Source: Malacoraja senta (lineage: Eukaryota). Taken from it: a stretch of 64,000 bases of DNA. Below, piece by piece: positions 12,100 to 24,093 of the stretch. The notes beneath the pieces are model-generated. The model saw only the letters and a list, made by a program, of their open reading frames with translations, had not been told where the DNA came from and made no database searches. The stretch spans positions 62,001 to 126,000 of the forward strand of contig JAXLNO010000110.1 of the NCBI GenBank assembly GCA_038087875.1, in the 5' to 3' direction. The first letter of the stretch is position 1. Each line of letters opens with the position of its first letter. A program made the translations under genes and the position numbers.

Positions 12100-12675
12100 G
12101 TCACGGAAACAGGCCCTTCAGCCCAACTTGCCCACACCGGCTCACATGCCCCATCTACACTAGTCCCAGAGTCACGGAAACAGGCCCTTCCTGCAGCCCT
12201 ACTTGCCCACACCGGCCAACATGTTCCATCTACACTAGTCACAATGTCACGGAGACAGGCCCTTTGGCCCAACGTCCACACCTGCCAACATGCCCCATCT
12301 ACATTAGTCGCAGGGTCATGGAAACAGGCCCTTCCTGTAGCCCAACTTACCCACACCGACCAACATGTCCCATCTACACTAGTCACAGAGTCATGGAAAG
12401 AGGCCCTTCCTTCAGCCCAACTTGCTCACACCGACCAACATGCCCCATCTACACTAGTTGCAGATTCACGGAAACAGGTCCTTCAGCCCAACTAGCCCAC
12501 ACCAGCCAACATGCCCCATTTACACTTGTCCCACCTGCCCGTGTTTGGCCCATATCCCTCCAAACCTGTCCTATCCATGTTCCTGCCCAAGTGTTGTGAT
12601 AGTCCCAGCATCAACTACCTCCTCCGGCAGCTCGTTATATACACCTACCACCCTCTGTGTGGAAAAGTTTCCCCT
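12100..12675 (-). repeat. Tandem CR1 3'-tail array (about 6 units)
   Basis: Same unit as 8010-10030. Confidence 0.75.
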
Positions 12676-15600
12676 TAATGTGGTTTGAAAATGTGGTTTG
12701 AAAACGTAGTTTGAAAATGTAGTTTGAAAATGTAAAAGGTTTGGTTTGAAAATGCAAAAGGTTTGGTATGAAAATGCAAAAGGTGGTTTGGTTTGAAAAT
12801 GCAAAAGGTGGTTTGGTTTGAAAATGCAAAAGGTGGTTTGGTTTGAAAATGCAAAAGGCTTGGTTTGAAAAGGCAAAAGGTTTGGTTTGAAAATGCAAAC
12901 GGTTTGGTTTGAAAATGCAAATGGTGGTTTGGGTTGAAAATGCAAATGGTGGTTTGGTTTGAAAATGCAAATTGGGGGTTGGTTTGAAAATGCAAATGGT
13001 GGTTTGGTTTAAAAATGCAAATGGTGGTTTGGTTTGAAAATGCAAATGGTTTGTTTTGTGAATGCAAAAGGTTTGGTTTGAAAATGCAAAAGGTTAGGTT
13101 TGAAAATGCAAAAGGTTTGGTTTGAAAATGCAAATAGGTTTGCTTTGAAAATGCAAATAGGTTTGCTTTGAAAATGCAAATAGGTTTGCTTTGAAAATGC
13201 AAAAATGTTTGCTTTGAAAATGCAAAAAGGATTGGTTTGAAAATGCAAAAGGTGGGTTGCTTTGAAAATGCAAACGGTGGTTTGCTTTGAAATTGCAAAA
13301 GATTCAAGATTCAAGGGAGTTTATTGTCATGTGTCCCTGATAGGACAATGAAATTCTTGCTTTGCTTCAGCAGAACAGAACATAGTAGGTATGACTACAT
13401 AACAGATCAGTGTGACCATATACCATTATATAAATATATACACACATGAATAAATAAACCGATAAAGTGCAAATAAACAGATAATGGGTTATTAATGATC
13501 AGAGTTTTGTCCGAGTCGAGTTTAATAGCCTGATGGCTGTGGGGAAGTAGCTATTCCTGAACCTGGATGTTGCAGTCTTCAGGCTCCTGTACCTTCTACC
13601 TGAAGGTAGCTGGGAGATGAGTGTGTGGCCAGGATGGTGTGGGTCCTTGATGATACTTCCAGCCTTTTTGAGGCAGCGACTGCGATAGATCCCCTCGATG
13701 GAAGGGAGGTCAGAGCCGTTTATGGACTGGGCAGTGTTTACTACTTTCTGTAGTCTTTTCTGCTCCAGGGCGCACATGTTGCCGAACCAAGCCACGATGC
13801 AACCGGTCAGCATGCTCTCTACTGTGCACCTGTAGAATTTAGAGAGAGTCCTTGACAAACCGACTCTCCGTAATCTTCTCAGGAAGTAGAGGTGCTGATG
13901 TACTTTCTTAATAATTGCATCAGTGTTCTCGGACCAGAAAATATCTTCAGAGATATGCACTTCCACGAATTTGAAGCTCTTGACCCTTTCGACCATCGAC
14001 ACGTTGATATAAACAGGACTGTGGGTCCCCATCCTACTTCCAAATTCCACAATCAGTTCCTTGGTTTTGCTGGTGTTGAGGGCCAGGTTATTGTGCTGGC
14101 ACCATATGCAGTCGCTCGATCTCTCTTCTATACTCTGACTCGTCCCCATCAGTGATACGTCCCACAACAGTGGTGTCGTCAGCGAACTTGATGATGGAGT
14201 TTGCACTATGACCGGCTACGCAATCATGAGTATCGAGTAAGTACAACAGGGGGCTGAGCACGCAGCCTTGAGGTGCTCCCGTGCTGATTGTTATCGAGGC
14301 TGACACATTTCCACCAATACGAACAGACTGTGGTCTGTGAATGAAGAAGTCGAGGATCCAATTGCAGAGGGAGGCGCAGAGACCCAGTTCTGCGAGTTTG
14401 GTAACCAGCTTGGAGGGGATGATTGTATTAAAAGCCGAGCTGTAATCAATGAATAACAGCCTGACAGTTTTTGTTGTCCAAGTGGTCCATAGCGGAGTGG
14501 AGGGCCAGCGAGATCGCATCCACCGTTGACCTGTTGTGGCGGTAAGCGAACTGCAGTGGGTCCAGGTCTTTGTCGAGGTAGAAGTTGATTTGCGCCATGA
14601 TCAACCTCTCAAAACACTTCATCACCACCGATGTTAGTGCCACTGGTCGATATTCATTCAGGCACGTCACCTTGCTGTTCTTGGGCTCCGGTATAATTGA
14701 TGCCCTTTTAAAGCAGGTGGCAACCTCAGACCTCAGAAGTGAGGTTGAAAATATCCGTAAAAGCTCCAGCCAGTTGGTCCGCACAGGTTTTTAGAACACG
14801 ACCGGGTATACCTTCAGGTCCAGACGCTTTTCGAGGGTTCACCCCTCTGAAGGATTTCCTGATGTCGGCCTCTATGACTGTGACTGAAATACCATCGCAG
14901 CGAATGGGGGCTCGGGAAGGCACATCAGTGTTCTCCCTATCAAAGCGTGCGTAAAACGCATTGAGCTCGTCAGGGAGTGATGTTTCGCCGACATTCGAGC
15001 TGCCTCCTAATTTCGCCTTGTAGGAGGTGATTGTATTCAGGCCCCGCCACAGCTGCCGAACATCTGTCTCATCCTCCAGCTTGGAGCAGAAGTCCCTTTT
15101 GGCCTTTTTGATGGCCTTACCAAGGTCGTATCTGGACTTCTTGTAGACCACTGTATCATCAGCCATGAATGTCCGGTGCCTGGTCTTCAGAAGGGTGCGG
15201 ATCTCAGAGTTCATCCAAGGCTTCTGATTGGGAAACACTCGGAAGTTTTTGTAGGGATGCAGTCCTCCACACATTTCTTTATGAAGTCTGTAACAACTGT
15301 GGCGTATTCGTTCAAGTCCGTTGCCGAGTCCTTGAACATTGCCGTCTACAGACTCCAAACAGTCCTGGAGTTGTTCCTCTGCCCACCCCCCCCCCTCCCC
15401 CCGACCAGCTCTGTACAGTCCTCACCTCTGGGGAGGCACTCTTTAATTGCTGCCTGTAGGCAGTATGGTCGGATTTACCGAAGTGAGGGCGAGGGATAGA
15501 GCGGTAGGCATTCTTGATGGTGGTGTAGCAGTGGCTTGCTTTGAAAAGGCAAAAGGTGGTTTGCTATAAAAATGCAAAAGGTGGTTTGTTTTGAAAATGC

Positions 15601-15750
15601 AAAAGGTGGTTTGCTCTGCAAATGCAAAAGGTAGTTTGCTCTTAAAATGCAAAAGGTGGCTTGCTTTGAAAATGCAAATGGTTTGCTTTGAAAATGCAAA
15701 TGTTTTGCTTTGAAAATGCAAAGGCAAGTGCGGTTGCTTTCAAAATGCAA
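12672..15750 (+). repeat. ~21-24-bp minisatellite (GGTTTGGTTTGAAAATGCAAAAGGT)n, split by a LINE insertion
   Basis: Array at 12680-13300 resumes at ~15535-15750; its start CCCTTAATGTGGTTTGA matches the Helitron interior at ~26128. Confidence 0.9.
13301..15533 (-). mobile_element. Rex1/Babar-type LINE, 5'-truncated, degenerate
   Basis: [69 protein letters not shown]; (CTTGAAT)n tail at 13301; same family as 2088-3090. Confidence 0.9.
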
Positions 15751-15753
15751 AGG

Positions 15754-17920
15754 CTAGTAATTAAATGTCAAATCTTGACCACTTCCTGTTTGCGCTGTAT
15801 ATTGATTTTAGAAGAATCGCCACCACTAACGTCTGCAATTTTTGGCCATCTTAGAGTCCCCCTCCAGCTGTCAGGGCCAGAGAATTTTTCCCATCGATGA
15901 AAAATATCACTTAATGATGCTTTAAAATGTTGAGATTTTCTCTCCTAGCAATCACACCATGAAGGCCATGCCCCTTCCGATGGGAGGGGGACTATAAAAC
16001 CCGGAAGTGTGGACGTGCCACAGTCGCTGCAAGATGGGGGAGGGAGAGGTCACGACTCTCAGTCTGAGCTGTGAATAAACTGAATACTGAACACATGTCT
16101 ACTAAACTGTGAGTGTGGTTTTATGAACTGTGTTTGGAAGGAATAAATGTTTTTATGTGCATTTTGACTGTGCTACTAATTGAAAAGTGTGCCTTTTGAC
16201 TGTGCCGCTAATTGAAAAGTGCGCCTTTATTTTAAAATGTGTTTTGCCTTTTAAATGTGGCTTGCTTTTTAAATGTGGCTTGCTGTGCAACAGGTTTTGG
16301 AAGGTAAAACCATGAATAAACGTTTTATTAGATCAGGACTGTGTATAATGCAAAATTGTCGCTCATTCCGTGACTTCCGCTTAGTGGAGAGGTTGTGCTG
16401 AATGCGTCATTTCCGGTGAGTTCAGAGGTGGCGCTGAGTGCGGAAGGCCCAAAGTGGAGACGTCAGCCTGAACCGTTTGAGTAATTCAAGAGAGCTTACT
16501 GCCATACATATGTTGTGTGTGAGTTTGTTGAAAGTTATTTAAAGAACGTTTTTGCAGTAGCAGCAGCTCTGGAGGAGTGCTTCAGGAGAAAAATGGCTTT
16601 AAACATTGGAATCATTTGGTTTAGACACAACTGTGTTCTTATTTTCAAACTACTTACATAGAGTATATGGTTAATAACAGGATTCAGTATGCTTACCACA
16701 TTCTGAAGTTACTTGGCATTTTAGTATTGGTGCTGTGTGTGTGTGCCTTTGTGTGCCTGTGTGTGTGAGGGTGTGCCTGTGTGTGTGAGGGTGTGTATAT
16801 GTGTGTGTGTGTGTGTTCGTTTGTATTTGTGTGTATGTGTTTGTGTGTGTGTATGTGCGTGTGTCTTTGTGTTTGTGTGTGTGCCTTTGTGTTTCTGTGT
16901 GTGTTTGTGTGTGTATGTGTGTGTGTCCCTGTGTGTGTGTTTCTGTTGGAGTGCTATGGGGTTAGACTTGCTGCCTCCACTCTGCTTGGAGTGCTGTGAG
17001 GTTAGACTTGCTGCCTCCACTCTGCTTGGTGTGCTGTGTGGTTGGACTTGCTGCTTCCACTCTGCTTGGAGTGCCGTGAGGTTGGACTTGCAATGTTTTA
17101 AGACTCATTCACATTTTAAACTTTAATAAATAATTTTTCCACTTGCCATGTCTGCGTGTTCTTCATCACAATGGGAACCTAATAGGCAGGAATGGCTGCG
17201 ATGTCGGAGAACCACTAAGAGTGCATGGGGGGGGGGGTTGAGGGGAGATGGAACAAATGCGTGGGGGGAGGGGAATGGCAAGGAGCAGAGTTGGGTGGTG
17301 AAGGGAGGAGGGGTAACTGAGTGAACTGCCACCACACCAGCTGTAAGCGAATGAAGTGTCAGCCCACCAGCCATGAGTTAGTGAACTGCCAGCCCACCAG
17401 CCATGACTCACTGAACTGCAAGTCCAAGAATCCATTCAGTCCACAATGTCCATACTAGCCCTCCGGAAACCAGTCCCTTCAGCACACAACACCCATACTA
17501 GCGCTCCAGAGATCCACGCGAGGATAGTCTTTCCTCCTTCATTGCTGTGATCTGTTAAAAAAGATGAAAATTTCTCAAATTGATTGTCCACCCTCTCCCC
17601 TTCTCTCTCACATAGTCTGTCACCTGTTTTCAGCAGAATTTTGGGCAGTTTCTGAGCTGCCAGCCTGCCAGGCCTGAGTGACTGAGCTGCCATGCCTCAG
17701 TGACTGAGCTGCCAGCCCAAGAATCCATTCGGTGCACAATTTCCATGCTAGCCCTCTGGAAACCAGTCCCTTCGGCCCACAAAACCCATGTTAGCGCTCC
17801 AGAAAGCCCCCCCTCCCCACTGGCCAGCAATATTGGAATTGGTGGAGAGGTGGAATATTGCGTTGGGGGAACCAGCCCTCCCTTGTGAAGCTGGGACCCA
17901 ACGGGTCCCACTTAGCCTAG
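15754..17920 (+). mobile_element. Non-autonomous Helitron, copy 1
   Basis: 3' end GGGACCC-AAC-GGGTCCC hairpin (17893-17909) then CTAG (17917-17920) followed by T; 5' part homologous to the start of the element at 25782; internal (TG)n. Confidence 0.8.
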
Positions 17921-18840
17921 TTTACAATATATATCAATGATTTAGATGAAGGAATTAAAAGTAACATTAGCAAATTTGCAGATGACACAAAGCTGGGTGG
18001 CAGTGTGAACTGTGAGGAGGATGCTATGAGGATGCAGGGTGACTTGGACAGGTTGGGCGAGTGGGCAGATGCATGGCAGATGCAGTTTAATGTGGATAAA
18101 TGTGAGGTTATCCACTTTGGTGGCAAGAACAAAAAGGCAGATTATTATCTGTATGGTGTCAGATTAGGAAAACGGGAAGTGCAACGAGGCCTGGGTGTCC
18201 TTGTCCATCAGTCACTGAAAGTAAGCATGCAGCAAAGAGGTCCTTCTACAGTTGTACGGGGCCCTGGTGAGACCACACCTGGATTATTGTGTGCAGTTTA
18301 GATCTCCAAATTTGAGGAAAGACAATTCTTGCTATTGAGGGAGTGCAGCGTAGGTTCACGAGGTTAATTAATGGGATGGCGGGACTGTCATATGATGAAA
18401 GAATGGGTCGACTGGGCTTGTATTCACTGGAATTTAGAAGGATGAGAGGGCATCTTATAGGAACATATAAAATTATTAAGGGATTGGATAAGCTAAATGC
18501 AGGAAACATGTTCCCGATGTTGGGGGAGTCCAGAACCAGGGACCACAGTTTAAGAATAAGGGGTACGCCATTTTGAACTGATATGAGGAAAAACCTTTTC
18601 ACCCAGAGAGTTGTGAATTTGTGGAATTCTCTGCCTCAGAAGGCAGTGGAGGCCGATTCACTGGATGCATTCAAAAAATAGTTAGATAGAGCTCTTAGGA
18701 CTAGTGGAATCCAGGGATATGGTGAGAAGGCAGGAACGGGGTACTGATTGTGGATGATCAGCTATGATCACATTGAATGGCGTTGCTGGCTCAAAGGGCC
18801 GAATGGCCTGCTCCTGCACCTATTGTCTATGTTTCTATGT
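17921..18840 (+). mobile_element. CR1 LINE 3' part (RT FADD to tail)
   Basis: [52 protein letters not shown]; tail TTTCTATGT. Confidence 0.9.
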
Positions 18841-20095
18841 AAAATTTAATCAGGACAGTCAGACTGGTCAGCGAACTGGGATAGGAGATGGATGGAGAGA
18901 GGGAAAGCAAGGATTACAGTCAATATTCATACATTCTGCATTTTCCTTGATCTATGTCCCCTTTGATGCCTTGTTTTCGTTTTTTCCCACTTTAGTCTTT
19001 ATTGCTTTTATGCATACACAAATATAACAAAACATACAACAATGCAGCGAAGCGTACAACTGTGCAGTGGGGGGGTCAGTTTACAATTAACGATGCAGTA
19101 TACAGAACTATTTTCTTATTCACGCGAGTGGGGGTGCCGTCGAGTATGGCTGCCCAGCCTGCAGCTGTCCGTCCTTTCACACTTTAAAATTTTTTTTAAT
19201 ATGTTAAAAAGTTTCGTTTTGGAGGTCTAATCTTTTTTATGTGGGGGGTGGGGAGGGAGAAGGGAGAAACTGTATTTCTCAGCACCTACCTGTTCGGAGT
19301 TGCGGCTTTCCTCCGAGCCGCATCTTCCCCCCTTCCTCGCGGCGTACCAACGGGACTGGATGCGTCGTTTTCCTGCCGGGGTGATGCCTTACCCGGGTCA
19401 TCGTGTGGTAAGCTCCAGAGTGCTGAGATCGCCGACTCCAACATCGCGGAGCTGTGGTCGCGGAGCATCCAGCCGCGGTAGCGCTGACTTTTGGGCACCG
19501 CGGAGCCTGGGATCTCTCGCCTAGATCGCCGGTGTCGGAGCTCTGACCAGCGCGGCCTGTGGACTTCGGGAGCCGCGGTCTCTGGTAGCAAGCGGCCGTT
19601 CCAGACACTCCAAGCCACTGAAGAGTGTTCTCCCGACGCAGGAGCTCCATCATCCGGCAAGAGGGCTGAAACATCGGGACGCCATTGAGGCAACAGCGGA
19701 GGCCTCAAATAGGCCCCGACTATGGGGTGAACAAGCGGAAGCGGACTGGACTTTGTTGCCTTCCCTCACAGTGGGAACCATTGTGGGGGAATGTTTTTAT
19801 GTTTTATGTTAAAATTCTTCTTTAATGTGGTGTCTTACTTTTATTGGTGTGCTGCAAATGGCAAATTTAGGACGACAGATGGCGCAATGGGCTAAGTGTT
19901 CGGCTGGCAACTGGAAGGTAGCCGGTTCGAATCCCGCTTGGAGTGCATACTGTCGTTGTGTCCTTGGGCAAGACACTTCACCCACCTTTGCCTGCGTGTG
20001 AATGTGTGTGAATGTGTGTGAGTGATTGGTGGTGGTCGGAGGGGCCGTAGGCGCAGATTAGCAGCCACGCTTCCGTCAGTCTGCCCCAGGGCAGC

Positions 20096-20612
20096 TGAAA
20101 AAGTTCACTTTAAGATAGACAAAGTACAAATTCTTAAGACCATACAAAGCTTTAATTTAACGTCTGACGGGTGTGAACTGAGAGACCCAGAGGCAACAGG
20201 TTCTCACGTCTGAATCTCCAGCAGCACACACAAAGAAATACCAGAACACCGAAGCTTATATACGTACCGATATAAAACAATTTGCATGATAAAATGACAG
20301 AAAAACCATCATCCACCTCCAAATATGGAGTTGTTTTTCACTCTTTGCCAAAAGCCAGTTACCCCAATGGAATTCTCTGGGCCCCTTCTTATCTGATTAA
20401 CCTCTTCAACTTACATAAAAAACTTGTAAGAGAGCTGCGAACTATTCAACTTACATAAAAAAAGCTTGCAAGAGAGCTGTGAACTTTTCAACTTAAAGGG
20501 AAAAAAACCTGGCATGATAGGAGTTGTCCAAATCCCATCATGCATTACAATTGGCCTTTTACAACAGGAAAGTTTAAATATGACAACAATCAATTAATAA
20601 CTAACTCTTTCA
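20096..20612 (-). repeat. 3' LTR of ERV
   Basis: TGAAA..TTTCA termini; TATATAA (20262-20256) and ATTAAA (20156-20151) on the minus strand; polypurine tract AAAAGGGAGGAA abuts at 20613. Confidence 0.95.
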
Positions 20613-20641
20613 TTCCTCCCTTTTATCATGTAATGATAACA

Positions 20642-20945
20642 CTACAGTCCTTGGTTAGTACATAGTAAAGGCTTCAGACATTTCAGTACATAGATTAAGA
20701 TAATGATCAGCAGTACAATAGATCCATAATGTATTACCATTCCCCATATTCCTCCAAACATACTAAATGGCCACCATTCTACACCTTTATTAAAGTTATG
20801 CATTTCCTCCCCTACGTCTGTAATCTTCTTTATTTCTGCAGTAATATGTGCTGCTAAATCTGTAATGTTAGAAGATTCATCAGGGATGTAAGTACAGCAT
20901 TCACGCCCCATAATAGCACATGTACCCCCTTTCTCTTCCAGAATC
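20642..20945 (-). pseudogene. env: Retroviral env transmembrane-subunit remnant
   Basis: LEEKGGTCAIMGRECCTYIPD (end of immunosuppressive domain plus CX6CC motif of gamma-type Env), heptad region and hydrophobic TM IVLLIIILIYVLKC. Confidence 0.85.
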
Positions 20946-21169
20946 TCAGTAAGGTTAAGTGGTATTGTTATGAGGGGTATTCCTTCTCCACCATTATATG
21001 GGATGAGCGTACACAACCAGCATACATTTATTATTACGAAGGGCAAATTCAAAACTCATAAACAAAAACAGATTATTTCACCAAGTCCAGTCCATATGGG
21101 CCAACCCCAGAATATAAAAGAGGGTCAATAGCCCCATTGTCCTTTTTTGGTTCTCCGAACTGTTTAAAG

Positions 21170-21412
21170 TCAATCAGATGAATCCAACGCGGTGATCTTC
21201 AATCTTCTTGGCGGTTGATGTTGTTGATACCACTTGGTACAGTTCTGTTCAACAGTTTTAATTCCTTCCGTCCCAATGCCTTATCAGTATGTAGTCTGAC
21301 AGTATGAACTCGTCCCTGTGTTCAACTGGTAGTGGTATCTGCACTTCTTGTACCTTAGAATGCAGACCTGGCAAGGCATCGGTTAATTGCTGTGTATAAT
21401 AATTAGTTAATC
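21170..21412 (-). pseudogene. Second, more degenerate integrase C-terminal remnant
   Basis: Manual translation gives LTNYYTQQLTDALPGLHSKVQE..DYILIRHW..LYQVVSTTSTAKKIE, with stops. Confidence 0.6.
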
Positions 21413-21695
21413 ACTGAGGGCCTGTAGGTGAAACTTCCACACGTGAGTCGCACCACCAGTGGGTACGTAGCCTGTGGTCACCCTCAGTCCATAGCATCCT
21501 TCCCACAACTCGCAGTCACCCAGCACTGCGTCACCTGCAAATCTGCCAATGCCACCATCACATTGCATTACATCGGCATACTCAGTTTCTCGCAGATCTG
21601 ATGGCTATCAATGTCCCAAGATAGGCGAGAAATAGCGACATGTCCATCGCAATCTATCCTAGAAAGGGATTTCTTAAAAGAAAGAAGTTAACATT

Positions 21696-21945
21696 TTATC
21701 TTTTTGGCACCATACTGACAATCTTACAGTGGTGAAAGTGAACCCACGCATGTCTCCCCTCCACCTTTTCTGCGGTAGGGGTTGTTAGAAGGACCTGGTA
21801 ATGCCCTTCCCACCGAATGTCCCGAATCTTCCTCATCCAATTCCTGATTATTACACAAGTACCAGGTTCAATTTTAGACATAGTGGTTCTATTGTACATC
21901 CTTCAATGCCCTGGTTAACGATAAAATATAATTAGTCATTTCCAT
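21696..21945 (-). pseudogene. pol: Retroviral integrase C-terminal (GPY/F) remnant
   Basis: PGTCVIIRNWMRK..RWEGHYQVLLTTPTA.KVEGRHAWVHFHHCK. Confidence 0.85.
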
Positions 21946-22819
21946 TGTCATGTGATGAAAGTGAACAGCCTTTGGAGCATTCTGGTTCCATGTTGCCCCC
22001 AGTGGATGGTCATATAAAATCTCTGCTGAAGCTGCTGTTTTTTTATTAGCTCTGGGAGGACTGAGGTCACAATTGTGGTTATAAAGTCTTTTAATTGTGA
22101 AAGCCTTCTTGTTGAAACAAGAAAATTAAGTTGGAAATAAAACCCGTTACAGCATTTTTCTTCCACCATAAATCTTCACAATGATAGGCAGCAGGGTAGG
22201 ATGGTCCAATTCCCTGTCAGTCAGGATCCTGGACTCTGTGATTGGACATGATCCAGATCGTGATTAGTCAGATTTCCCATCACTCAAAGTCTGGCCACAC
22301 CCACTGAAGTGGCGACCAATCAGACTCCTATTTTTTCAAAGTCTGACCACACCCAATAAGTTATCAAATTCCACAGACAAAGACCCACATTCTCATCCGA
22401 GGCTTAGCAATGCAAGGTTGCCTGCCATTCTGTTGCGCTGTGCCAAAGGCTATTCAGGTTTGTTTTAACTCTCAATGTTGAATTTAATACTGTTTCTCTT
22501 CTCCTGCCTCAGTCCTTACTCCCTTCCTTTTCTTCGTCTGCTTTAGTCAGGAAATGTTTAATTCTGTCCGAATTTCCCCGCCAATTTCCCCTATTTTGCT
22601 TTGTCAGAAAAAGGGATCCCATCACCTTTTCTCATTTCCTAACCATGTGGTCAGCTTGTAACTTAATATTCTAAATTTCTTATTATACTTAAAATTCAAA
22701 TAACACATTTGTTGAACGGGGGTTCCCCCCTCACTGTTATCCAGAGCATTCCCCATAGATAGATAGAGAGAAAGAGAAAGAGAAAGCAGACTTCTGAATT
22801 CCGAATCGTTCCAAATATA

Positions 22820-23190
22820 TCAACCAGGCCGACTCGCGACTCGAGACCCCAGTTTCTCAATTTGGCTGACTTTTTTTTTTTACCTCTTTGATATACGACC
22901 CAAGTGTCTCAACGAAGCCGACTCGCTAACCGAGACCCCCGTTTCTCAACCTGGCAGACTTCTTTTCTTTTAATATAAGACCCAGGTGTCTCAACTGAGC
23001 TGACCCGCTAACCGTGACCCCAGTTTCTCAACCTAGCAGACTTCTTTTCTTTATATAAGACCCAGGTGTCTCAACGAAGCCGACTCGCTAACCGAGACCC
23101 CCGTTTCTCAACCTAGCAGACTTTAAACCTCAACCCCCGTATCTCAACCCGACAAATCACGGATATCTCAACGAGGCCGATGAGCCCTTA
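22820..23190 (-). repeat. Imperfect tandem repeats (about 80-90 bp period) in the ERV leader
   Basis: Recurring CCGACTCGCTAACCGAGACCCC.GTTTCTCAACCT.GCAGACTT. Confidence 0.75.
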
Positions 23191-23557
23191 GTAGAGAGAG
23201 AGAGAAGAAAAAACAAAGAGAGATAGACAGAGAGAGAGAAAGAGAAACCACTCACGTCCTTCTTAACAAGATACACAAGCCCTTCTTAAAAATACAAGCA
23301 CAAGTCTGTCTTAAAAATACATACACAATATTCATACGTAAAAATACATACACAATTCACAATTGGTCTTACCTTTGTCTATCTCTAAGAACCTCGGCAG
23401 GGAACCAACACAACGTCTGATGAAGAATCACCTATGTTCCCGGGAATGTCAAGGGGTCGGTTGCAACGGACCGATTAGAGCTCAGTTTTCTCCCTTGCCA
23501 AACCTGGTAACATCTGCAACCTCAAGCTCATTCAGCTGTTGATGGTGTCCCAGCGAG

Positions 23558-23575
23558 ACCTGCGCGACTACGCCA
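23558..23575 (-). promoter_or_regulatory. ERV primer-binding site, tRNA-Ser
   Basis: Minus strand TGGCGTAGTCGCGCAGG next to the 5' LTR is complementary to the tRNA-Ser 3' end CCTGCCGACTACGCCA, with one extra base. Confidence 0.85.
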
Positions 23576-23576
23576 A

Positions 23577-24093
23577 TGAAAAAGTTCACTTTAAGATAGA
23601 CAAAGTACAAATTCTTAAGACCATACAAAGCTTTAATTTAACGTCTGACGGGTGTGAACTGAGAGACCCAGAGGCAACAGGTTCTCACGTCTGAATCTCC
23701 AGCAGCACACACAAAGAAATACCAGAACACCGAAGCTTATATACGTACCGATATAAAACAATTTGCATGATAAAATGACAGAAAAACCATCATCCACCTC
23801 CAAATATGGAGTTGTTTTTCACTCTTTGCCAAAAGCCAGTTACCCCAATGGAATTCTCTGGGCCCCTTCTTATCTGATTAACCTCTTCAACTTACATAAA
23901 AAACTTGTAAGAGAGCTGCGAACTATTCAACTTACATAAAAAAAGCTTGCAAGAGAGCTGTGAACTTTTCAACTTAAAGGGAAAAAAACCTGGCATGATA
24001 GGAGTTGTCCAAATCCCATCATGCATTACAATTGGCCTTTTACAACAGGAAAGTTTAAATATGACAACAATCAATTAATAACTAACTCTTTCA
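23577..24093 (-). repeat. 5' LTR of ERV
   Basis: 517 bp; no difference from 20096-20612 seen by eye. Confidence 0.95.

Larger units (their letters stand above)
1025..12675 (+). repeat. Local segmental triplication (units start ~1025, ~3823, ~10487)
   Basis: The same ordered block (GGATGGAAGCAGTGGTC, then GTAGAGACAGGGAG repeats, then AATCTACATCTCCAGGG.GTGAGGTCGGTGAGAACACTATAGC, then Penelope pieces, CR1-tail array and HE1 SINE) recurs three times; copy 3 is truncated at ~12675. Confidence 0.85.
20096..24093 (-). mobile_element. Non-autonomous endogenous retrovirus (class I, gamma/epsilon-like)
   Basis: Two 517-bp TG..CA LTRs, 4-bp TSD CAGC (20092-20095 and 24094-24097), PBS, PPT, integrase and env remnants. 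Confidence 0.95.

Noticed and set aside
11656..12495. 279-aa ORF as a novel RT fusion protein
   Set aside because: A truncated Penelope RT fragment reading by chance into the CR1-tail array; the paralogous copies are frameshifted.
12571..13314. Long ORFs in several frames (FQTKPPFAF repeats)
   Set aside because: Translation of a stop-poor minisatellite.
19870..19945. tRNA gene
   Set aside because: It is the tRNA-derived head of a SINE and continues into SINE body and tail.
20642..21052. Domesticated syncytin-like env gene
   Set aside because: Only the distal TM part remains; no signal peptide, furin site or fusion peptide is recognisable.
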